Shown here one piece after another: positions 14,701-26,700 of a DNA stretch of 64,000 nucleotides. The stretch's first letter is position 1; each line of letters begins with the position of its first letter. Source of the DNA: Eledone cirrhosa. Its lineage: Eukaryota. The translations under genes were made by a program, and so were the position numbers. The notes under the pieces are model-generated. The model saw only the letters and a list, made by a program, of their open reading frames with translations. It was not told the origin of the DNA and ran no database searches. The DNA lies in the NCBI GenBank assembly GCA_964016885.1, contig CAXHJY010000886.1:1-64000 (forward strand). Direction: 5' to 3'.

Positions 14701-17700
14701 AAATCTGCAGATACTCCACCCTGATTACACCTTCAGATTTATGCCTGTGATTATTGGGGCACTGGGATATGTTAGTAACTGCCTCAATACAAATATTGAG
14801 AAGCTAGGCTTCACAGGAACAGAAAGAACACAACTAGTTAGGAAACTACAAGTACAATCCATTACTGGAACAGTAAAAATATGTAAAACATTCCAAAAAT
14901 TTTGCATCTAATAACTGCATATACACATGTACAGATACAAAGCATATACACATGCACACATACAACTCAAAATATACACATCCACACATACAATAACATC
15001 CATATCTACACATGCATGCATACACACATATCTACCTAGTTGATGTGTAAATTCCAATGAGAGAGTCTTGTGTCTATGTTAAAAACCGACTCTCTATTGG
15101 TCAAACTTTGTGAAATTATAAAACCAGAAGAACATACATACATACTTACATACATGCATGCGTGCGTGTGTGCGTGCATGCATGCATACATACATACATA
15201 AATACATACATACATACAAACAATCTGAACCCCAAACGTTCGGTTTCATCCAAAGGCTAAAAATTTTATGGAACTCCAAACACCCAGAATTAGACTTTTC
15301 TCCAAAGCATTTAAATGAACAGGCAAAACGTATCATTAGATGTAAATTGATACATCTAACGGAATTGAGTGATACTACAAATGCAGCCCTTGTAGACAAC
15401 CACCCCACCCCCACTGACAGACAAAGAGAATGGCCAGCTAAATCTAACAGTGAACAGCTCACCAACAATTTTGCTGAAATCCATCCCACTTCCCCTGAAG
15501 AACAGCGAGAAAGGTCAGTTAACTCTAGTAGTAATTGCCACCACATCAACAACGAGGCTGAAATTCATGACTACTGAACAAACATAACACCAAAAACTTG
15601 TGGACACCTTACAAGTGATATGGAACGATATGTTTCAAGAGATACACAGCCTTAATGTGAGTGACAGACCATACAACACCAGAATCAGTAAAGAACCCAC
15701 TAAATTGGAATTGGAAGCGGTGAACAAAATAGCTGGCTATTATCTGAAGGCTATACGATCTAAAGGTGTAGAAACGACATTTGAAACGCTTAATATGTTG
15801 TTATATGTTTCAGCTGTCACATTGCTATCATATAACACACATCTAAAACCACGCAATCAAGATACAAGCAGAAAGCCTGAACCAGCGTGGATGCGAAATT
15901 TAAAAACCAAAATTTTGTCCCTGAGACGAAGTATTTCACACATCGCAGTCGTTATGAAATGCAACATAGAGAGCAACTTCACACAACACCAGGAAGACCT
16001 AAAGAAAAAGTTAGAGAGAAGATTTGGAGATACAAAATTTAAAACTTTGAACTCCAAATTACACCAGTTGAAACAACAACTCACAGCTACAACAGAAAGA
16101 CTAAAATATAAGTCAACAGCACATAAACGACAAGTGCTAAATAGATTGTTTGCCAGAGATCCTAAATCAGTTTATCGCAGCTGCGGTGGCAAAAGCTCAA
16201 TCCCTGTAAATGACACCCCTTCAAAAGAACAGGTTGAGAGCTACTGGAGATCTGTATGGGAAACGGATGACGGATTCAACAGACAAACTAATTGGCTAAA
16301 AGAACTGGAACAGGACTACTGCCAACATGTCCAGACAAAACAATATGACATAGATGGGTCAATACTGGAAACAGCTCTACAGAAAATGTCGAATAGGAAA
16401 TCGCCAGGCCCAGACCTCATTACAGGATACTGGTTGAAGAATTTCACTTTCTATCGGCAAGATCTCATAAGGCTGTTTACAGAAACCATTAAAGGCACAC
16501 AAGAACTGCCCAGATTGTTATCAACTGCCACTACTCTCCTCATTCCCCAAAATAGCCAAACCACCCTTGCTAAAAATTACCGCCCAATAGCCTGCCAAAA
16601 CATCATGTATAAATTATATACTGGGTGCCTTAACTTGTTCTTACAGGATCACTGTGCTACCAACAACATCATAACACCTGAGCAAGCTGGTGGAAAGAGG
16701 GAGGTGTGGGGTTGCATAGATCACCTACTAACTAATAAAATGATTCAGGAAAAAACAACAAAGAATTGCAGAAACATGACTGGTGTGGCTGGACTATCAA
16801 AAAGCATTTGATAGTGTACCTCATGGGTGGATTATTAAGGCTTTACAGTTAGCCAAAGTCCCACAACCATTGGTAGCTGCTGTCGAATGCCTGACAAAGA
16901 ACTGGTATACCAATTTGATCCTTAGAGGTGAGAAGGAGCAAGTTAAGACTGATAAGATACATTACCAGAAGGGCATCTTTCAGGGTGATAGCTTGTCAGT
17001 GCTACTCTTCATTCTCTCACTGAATCCACTATCTTACCTACTCAGGAAACAAGGTGGACAAAGAAGTGGGTTCAGAAGTATCTCCCATCGTTTCTTTGTT
17101 GATGACCTGAAGTTGTATGGGCCAAATATCAATGACATCAAGAAACAATTGGACCTCATTACACAATTTTCAACAGACATCAAAATGAAATTTGGTGAAT
17201 CCAAGTGTGCATATTTGGCAGTAAAACGTGGAAGAGCTGTGCCCTCCTCTAGAAATCTAGAGATGAACGGCCTGACAATACAACCTCTACAGTCAGGTGA
17301 CAACTACAGATATCTTGGACAGGATGAGAATGTCAGATATAATGGACCCATAAATAAGGAGAGAACCAGAACTGAATACCTCAGAAGAGTAAAGAAAATA
17401 TGGTCATCAGAACTGTCAGCGTACAACAAATACATTGCCCACAATACTTATGCTGTGCTAATTCTAACGCCAACATTTGGCCTGCTGAACTGGTCGTTGC
17501 AAGAACTAAGTGAGATGGATGTTAGAACTCGCAAACTTCTCTGTGTTACTGGGAACTTTAACATCAATGGTGATGTGGATAGGCTATACTTCTCACGCAA
17601 GGAAGGTGGCCGGGGTCTAAAATCCATATTAACAACATATGAGACTCGGATAGTAACACTGAAGCAACACCTTCAACAGAGGAAAAAGGTTGGCAACCAT

Positions 17701-20700
17701 CTTGCCCAGGTTTATGAGCATGAAAAAAAAATATCATTAGAATAGCGACTGATCTGGAGGAGAGATATGGAATAAAGCCTGATATAAATCTCTCACCCAG
17801 AGAAATCGGAAGATCCTATTCAATGTTCAAACAAGATAAAAAAATTGACCAATTTACAGAAAAAGTTGTGCATGGATACTTGAGACGTAAAACATAGACC
17901 ATAGAAGGATAAACCACTCAAAAAGCCTGGCATGGAGTTCCGAGAAGTTTATGACATCACACCTTGAGGGATATCTCTATGCAATACAGGAACAAGAACT
18001 CCCTACCAAATATCTGCTGCACAAAAGGGGAGGGCCAGCAGCTGACAATAAATGTAGGCTATGTAAAACAAAAATCGAGGATGTAAGCCACATTGTTGCC
18101 AGCTGCGAAAGAATGTCATCTCGCTACTACCTCCCCATGAGACACAATGGAATAGCTAGAACCATCTGGAACGCACTTCGGAAAACAAAATTAACAACAA
18201 ACGAGGAAGAATATATTGAGACAGATGGCACTAAGGAATACTGGTGGAACCTAAAAATAAAAACTGCCACCAGATTAAAGCACAACCGGCCTGATATTGT
18301 TTGGGACCACACATTGAAAATGTGTTCTGTTGTGGAGATCAGCTGCCCACTTGATGTAAACGTTGTCAGAAAAATACAGGAGAAGGAGGACATCTAAGGA
18401 CCATTGATGAGGTGTTTACAAATCCAGTATCCAAGATACACCTTTAGCTTCATACCCATCATTATTGGAGCTACGGCTTATATACCAACCCGCTTGGACC
18501 AAAGTATGACTGAACTTGGATTTGCGGACAAAAAGCGCAGCTCCCTAATTCATAGTCTATAAATGGCTGCGATAGTTGGCACCTTCAAAATTTGCAAAAC
18601 ATTCTTGCGATTCAAGGGATGACAATTTCTTTTCTTTTACAACCTTGCCACCAGGAAGGTGGCCAGTCAAAAAAATATACTCGAAATTAAGAGAAAGAGA
18701 TAACTAACATACATATATGGTGGCTGCCAACTCGTTTTCGAGTACGGCCACTACTTTATATCCATGTAGGAGAACTCCTACCGATGCGCTGAACGAGTGT
18801 GACTTTTTAGTCCAGCCAGCGACCTGAAAACTCTGGTACAAACACTACACCTGTGAAAATTATTGACACAGTGCTGGGCTCTTGGTACCATGTGACGACA
18901 ATACATACATACATACATACATGGTGGTGGCTGCCAACTCGTTTTCGAGTATGGCCACTACTTTATATCCATGTAGGAGAACCCCTACCGATGCGCTGAA
19001 CGAGCGACATTTTAGTCCAGCCAGCGACTTGAAAACTCTGGTACAAACACTACACTTGTGACAATTATCGACACATAGTGCTGGGCCCATGGTACCATGT
19101 GACGACAAGTGCAGAGAGATCTCCAGATATAAAGCAATGCCTGTGCCGTGAAGCTTTTATAGTGAGCAAAGGCACTGCACAAAGCCAGTCCCACTCTCTT
19201 AACCAAGATGATATTTACCAAAACGAAGAACAAGTCAACATCATACATACATACATACATACATACATACATACATACATACATACAGTATAAGGGTGAA
19301 TTTTATGACACCAGGACTAAATTTATTATCAAATTCACAGCCACAGACTGAACAGTCCTATCCGCCTTTGACAGAGTACCATGATCTGCTGTATGGCAGT
19401 TCGTAAGAAAACTTGGATTAGATAAATAGCTTGTGAAAAGAGTTAAGTCAAGTAAAGAAGTGCAGTTTGCAAAGTGATAGTAAGCAATGAGGTTAGTGAT
19501 GAATTCAATGTACAGGTAGCTGTTCATTAAGGCTTGCCTGTCGGTCCACTCCCTCTTACTTGTCTCAAAGGCCCTGGAAAGGATCATATCAACTACACTT
19601 CCCTCACTAATTTAAAAAAAAAAAAATTAAATGTGCCAGAATGGTCTTATGGAAGAATTTAGAAGAATCCTTATAAAAGCATATATTACTATATATTAAA
19701 AAAGTTAGCTGAATTTGAAATAGGTTGTGAAAACATGTCTTTCATACTGCACATGGATACCTATTCAAAAGACCTGTAGCTGAAGCAAAAAGAATTCATT
19801 TTATGCTCTGATGCACTCAATAGATTCTCCATTAATCTATAATGTTACCTTTGACTAGCTGAAAATGTGAAAGGAATGACATATAGTCAATTGATGAATT
19901 GACTTCAGTATATTAGTTAAAAATTTAAAGTCTGTCTCAAACCCCGAGGCTCATCATGCTAGTGCTTATAGTGGTTTCCTTGGTGTTTAGAGAGTACATG
20001 ACACCCCATGGACAAGACACTAGTCCATTACATGGTTAACTTCCCAGTTACTGCTGGTACTCATTTTTAGTTGAGTATACTGGAGCAAGGTGAAATGAAA
20101 TATTTTGATCAAGAACACAACATATCGCCCTGTCCAGGAATCGAACCTATGACATGGTAATGGTAGGTCTAACACTAACCACTGATTTAATTTACCCTCT
20201 ATAGAAGTGTAAAAAAGTGAAGTACAGCATAATTTGAACACCTTTAATCCATTGTATCATTGTTTCTACCAACTTATTGCTCACAATTTAATTCATTGTA
20301 TCATTGTTTATATTGACTTATTATTCATATAATTTAGGATGATGAACAATAATATATATTTATATATATATATATATTATTACTGTACCGATTGTGTTGT
20401 TATTACTGTACCGATTGTGTTGTTATTACTGTACCGATTGTGTTGTTATTACTGTACCGATTGTGTTGTTATTTCTGTTTACCTTTTACAAACATGGTGT
20501 TAGGAAGGGCATCCAGCTGTAGAAAACCCGCCAGACAGTCCTATGCGAGCAAGACAACCACTCTTGCCTCAAGTGGGAAAACTCTCATCCAAACCCATGC
20601 AAGCGTGGAACATGGACGTTAAACGATGATGATGATGATGATGATACATATATATATTCACTATCCAATGAATTTCCAACCGATAAGGTATGATTTTCAT

Positions 20701-23700
20701 GGGTACGTCTATTTATAAAACAAACTTTGTATTTTATCTGATGAAAGCGTATCAATGTTGTCTTGGTTACCCTTGAAATATATATAATAAAATAAATATG
20801 GCTTTATAAATATAGTTTCCATTTATTTAATATCATTGTGTGTATATATATATAATAGCATAAATGAATAACAGATTTTTTTTCTTTCTTTTATTTGCTT
20901 CTCATTGGACTGTGGCTGTGTTTGGGTACCCACCTTTGAGGGATTTATCTCAATCAAATGACAAAGTTTTACCTTTAGTTTAAAGTGGCAATATACACAC
21001 ATAAGTTTCTGTATACAAATTTCACTTACAAGTTATTGGTGAACCTGAGAATACTATGTGATTAAAAGATTAAAATTGGAACCACATGGCTGCAAAGTAA
21101 ACTAATTAACCTCATGGTTTTGTATTACAGCACGCGTTAGATACAACAAATTGAAAACTAAATCTGAAAGTACTTAAAGGGATATAATACCACCATCATC
21201 ATCGTATAATGCCCATTTTTCATGCATGTCACATTAAGAGATGGGTTGTCACATGAGACAAGTCAGGTCCAAAGACCATGTCTTGTTCATATGGACCTGT
21301 ATTTTGGCTTGATTTCTACAGCTGGATGCTGTTCCTAACACCAATCACATTACAATGTAGATTGGGTGTTTTTTTTTTATCATGGCACCGAAATTACCAA
21401 ATTAGAGGGTGAATTGGGCACTTTTTGTCGTGTCACCAACACAACTACTTTACAGTGTGGACTGAGTGCTTTTTGTTGTGTCATCTTCACAATCATCTTC
21501 ATAGAGCAAATGCCAGGTAACAACAATCACACCAGCTACCACCGAAAGAAAGAAAAAGAACGGCAGGTCTTTCTGAAGAAAGAAATGAAATAGCAAAAAA
21601 AACTTGAAAAGGAGACTAAACAACACTAGTATAACTTTACTTGACTTTCTATCATCCAAATTTTGTTTGAACCACTTTCAAATTTAGACATAGTTCAATA
21701 ACAAAAGAACAAATTTATATTGCATTGTTCATGCCATAGAGCAGCAAATTGGCAGAGTTGATAGATCATTGGGCGAGATGCCTGGCAGTACTTGCTATAG
21801 CTATTTGCATTCGGAATTCAAATTCTCCACCTTACTGGAAACTCATTAATAGTAGGGTTGTTTCTAAGAACTGACATTGAGTTGAATGTAAATAGAAACA
21901 CACTACTTATGAAACTCCAATGAACTCACAAAACTAATGTGACATGAGTTCATAAGATCTCTGTAGCTGGAGAGTGGAGCAAAATTATCTTATCTCTCAC
22001 TCTCACTTTATATCTAAAATTAAAGCTAAGCCTTTAGAAGCTTACTCTAGTGTAATCAAACTGGGATAGAGGAAAACTACAAAAAAAGTTATCTATTTTC
22101 CACAACAACAATGGATCCATACAATAGTGGACTATTTCAAAGAGATTAAAAACAAAAACAAAAATAATGACTTACATTCGCTTTCCTGGAAAACACTCCT
22201 TGGGTGCTGTAAATATACAAATATCACATAATAGGAATTATAGGTGAGTATTTTGTAGAGGAGAGGTATTATAGCTAATTGAATTAGTTCTGATACACCC
22301 TAGTTGACAGCGTAATATATTGTTGGTGTTTGGTCTGAAGACGATGAGCTGTTTTATAGCACTCTAAAGCACAGAATATCTACTAAGACAAATTTAATAA
22401 TAACATGCTTATTATTTTGTATTGTAATTTGAGAAGAATAGCATCATTTGTTACATCACTTGTTACTGGCAAATCACTGTTTCATTGCATTTCTAATGGC
22501 ATAAAGTGACAAAAGATTAAAATAGTGAAGAACAAATATCTCAACATTCTTTAGTTTTCTTTCCAATATAAACACCAATAAAATATATACACATATGCCA
22601 ATAAAAGGGTCTCGCTAGTGTTGGTGATCTACACAATAAACGCTCCCCATTCTGTAAAGCTGTTAGTGATATGAATAACACCCAGTCATAGTAAACCTAC
22701 CAAACAAAGAGAAGGACTCTTCAGCTGTGTCAAAAGACATGACGATCTCCCTATTGTTGGTGTCACAATAAAATGCACTTGCTAGAGCATGGCAATGTAC
22801 ACGGGCAAAATGCACACTACCCCCACCCCCAGCTCATCAAACCACTCAGAGTGCAGTGTTGTATTTACTGAGATACAGGCCTCCAGCCCATCTGAAAGAT
22901 CAGTAATTCTGCTTGAGTACTTAGTTTGTGATAACCCATCTAACCTTTGCTATCAGAGAAAACACATTGAATGACAATGATGCTACATATATCAAGAGCT
23001 TCTGTATAATTTCCACTGACTAAATTATAGTATAAGATGACAGCAGACACTTGTCCAAGATGCAGTGAGATTTATCTGGAACCACGTAGCTGTGAAATGA
23101 ACTTAACTACAAAGATATACCAGAAGTACCCATAAAAGAAAAGACTTATCTGAAGATAAAATCATAAAAATCTTTGTTCTAACAAACATACAAATTCATA
23201 AATACTTTACTTCAAAATAAAATTCAATTTAAATACTTACCTTTCCATTCAATTGAAAGGTTGCACATTTTACCCATTTGAGGAGCTATTATATTACAAA
23301 ATTCTTCAAAGTTTATGTAATTTTTATCTTCACTCCCAGTCTGTTTGATAAAAGAACTTACTAAAGCATCAATCTCCACATCGTTGACATTACATTTTCC
23401 CATATCCAATAGAGTCCTGGGGATATAAAAAAAAACAAAAAAACTATGTTTAGAAGCAGTTACAATTTTTAGAGTGTAAATTTTATTGAATTTTAACCTT
23501 GAAAGAATGTACCACAAAATGCAGAAGAATTTGAGTATCGTAACTTATGGTGCCATATCAACCAATATGTCAGTGTGTAACATGCCACAAATTTCACAAT
23601 GTGTCTGTGGCCAAAATACAGTTAAGAATCTAATTTTCCTAGCTAGATTATAGGACATTGGTGGTGTTTGGTCTCTGGCGAAAATTATGATCAAAGGCAT

Positions 23701-26700
23701 ACATACCCCTTTCATCATACTGTCTCTATGGAATTATATTATTTAATATAGTCTTTCTTTTTTAAGGGAATAGAGGTAAATATTTTCAGCAAAACAAACA
23801 ACTATATAAAAAATGTATTATTGGTTCATACATGATGCTGTTTTTATCTTTAGGTTAGTCCTGATTGAGAAGACATTCTGTCCTTGTATATTTGGGACTA
23901 TATAATCTTATGTGCACTCCTATTATTTTAAGACAATTGGCTATTATTTGAGGGAAATTTTGCTGTTTATAGTTGACAGACAAGCAGATAGAAACATACA
24001 TGTACAACAACATACCAGCACAGAAACACACTAAACAGAAAGACAGAAACACATAAAACTTCCACACAATTTCCACCTACCAAATTCTGCTCATAAGTCA
24101 ACTCAAATCAAATGGTATATGATACTTACTCAAGATGCCACACAGTGAGCCTTAACTCAAACCATATGGTTAAAAAGCAAAATTCTTGACCACATGATAA
24201 TGCCTAAGGCTATATACTATATATAGGCAGTAGACTAGCAGAGTTGTTATAGCATCAAATAGAATATCTTGTATTAGTTCTGGCTTTCTGCACTCTGAAT
24301 TCAAATCCCTCCATGGTTAACTTTGCCTTTCATTTTTTGGGGGTTAATAAACTAAAGTACTAATGCAAGGTGGTGGAATTGGTAGAGCATTGAATGAGAC
24401 ACATTGTAGTTTTTATTCTATCATTTTGCATCCATCATCATCATCACCGTTTAACATCCATTTTTTTCATGCTAGCATAGGTTAGATGAGTTGTTCTGTT
24501 GTGAGAAATGCTGGGTCAAGTGACCATGTCTTGCTCATACAAAACTGATTTTGGCTTGGTTTCTACAGCTGGATGCCCTTCCTAATGCCAACCACATTTA
24601 CAATGTGTACTGGGTGCTTGTGACACCTACACAACCACTTTACAGTGTGGACTGGGTGTTTTTTTTTGTGTTGCCATCACAACCACTTTATAGTGTGGGC
24701 TGAGGACATTGGTGGGAGAGATGTGTGAGAGTTGGGGAGGTGGGTATTTGGGCATGTGTGAGGGGCAGAGTGTTAGGATGTGAGTGGAAGGAGGTGGGGT
24801 GGTGTACACTAGTTGTATGCTTCAGCCAGTACTCATGGAAGGTGGGTCTTATGTATTACTGCATAATGCCAAAGATCTTGGTCCTGCGCCATCGCCTTTG
24901 AGAGGTGCAATTGAGCAAGTTCAGCTTTTATCATCTCATCCCATGTCTTCCTGGGTCTTCCCACTCCATGGTTTCCATCAACTTTCAATGCTCAGCACCT
25001 TTTTCTACAGCTGTCATGCTTCATACACACCACATGTCCATACCACCGTAATCTCCTCTCTTGCACACAGCATTTTATTCCTCTTATGCTTAGTCTCTTT
25101 CTCTCTCTGTTTATTTATGCTTTGCAATTCAATTAAATTACTATTACACATCCATCAGAGCATACAAGCTTCATTTCTTTCCAATCTACACATCTTCTGC
25201 ACACAGCACCCAGGTCACACTACCATGCAATATTGTTGTTCATATGCACATATCATACAATCTGCCTTTCAATTTGAGGGAAAAGCCTTTTGTAACTAGC
25301 AGTGGTGGTAGCTCCCTGAACTTCTTCCATCCCATTATCGCTCTGGCTACTGTACTTTCTGAACACCCACCTCTGCTGTTAATTTGGTCACCCAGGTAGC
25401 AGAAGCTGTACTGCTTCTACTGAACCTTCCTAGAATTTGATAGCGCTTGTTTCCTGTGGTAATTTGCTGCTTACTGCTCTGGTGCAATGGCTACATGAAA
25501 AACCTACATTCTTAGCTAGACTACCCAAGATCCCATTACATATGAGATCAAATTTCACACAGATTCAAATCCCATGGATGGCTAGGTTGATCACATGACC
25601 CTGGGACTACAACTGATTATGAAAGCTGCAATGGGTGGAGGAGGATTAAGGTTGTTTGTTACAGCTGTAATTGTCGATTATATACTGTACAATGGAGAAA
25701 GGAATAATATCTTACTTGAACATTACCAAAAGTTCAGATCTGTCTAAAGTTTCACTAGAATCCACATCATACATGCGAAATAACATCTTTAACTTGTCTG
25801 TTGCTGTCCCTGTAAAAGTAAATGTCGAGATTAGCTTAGAAAAACAATGAAGTAGGCACGTATGATGTTAGAAGACAAATAAATTATAAGCAACAAAAGT
25901 AAAAACCTATTAAGTCAACAAATTTGTGGAGAAGAACAACAAAATTCTATTGGAGAAAATATGAGAGTATATATTATCAAATGATGCAGCGAATTGGCAG
26001 TCATTAGAATATTGAATAGCATGTTTTATGGTATTCATTCTGACTTTCTGCACTCTTCAAGTTCAAATACCACCAAAGTCAAATTTGTCTTTCATACTTT
26101 TGAGGTCAATAAAAAAAAGTACCAGTCCAGTACTGGGTCAATTCTTCCTCTATATCTCTTTTTCACTTCCTCTCTTACTTTCTCTCCTTCTAGGAAAAAG
26201 AAAATTGGCTGTATCCGACCAACAGATGGGATTGGCACCCCTATGACGTTATGGGTCATACACATATATAAATATATATTATCAAACTAGCATGGTAAAG
26301 AATGGTAAAACAAAAGTGTACAAGGCTATGTAGTTTCTGGCTTGGATTGATTAACAAGTGTACAAAGTCACATTAGTCTTAATATAAACTTTGGTAATCA
26401 TGCTAAGGTCAATTTTTACCTTTCAACCTTTCTGGGTCAATATTATAATGTACAAGTTAGGTTCTAGGGTTGATTTAATCAATGTTCCCTTCCCCCAGAT
26501 TTGCAGGCCTTGTGCCTAAATTAAAAATCAATATTAAGTGCAGTAAATTGTGTCTTTAGAGTTAAATTGGTCAACTTCACACAGGCAAACTTATGGTGGC
26601 AAGGTAAATGAACAATCATTTTATCAGTACTGACTGGCAATTCTATTCCATACTGCAAATATATCTTAAGATTAAGGATTTTAAAATTATGTTTCCTTTT

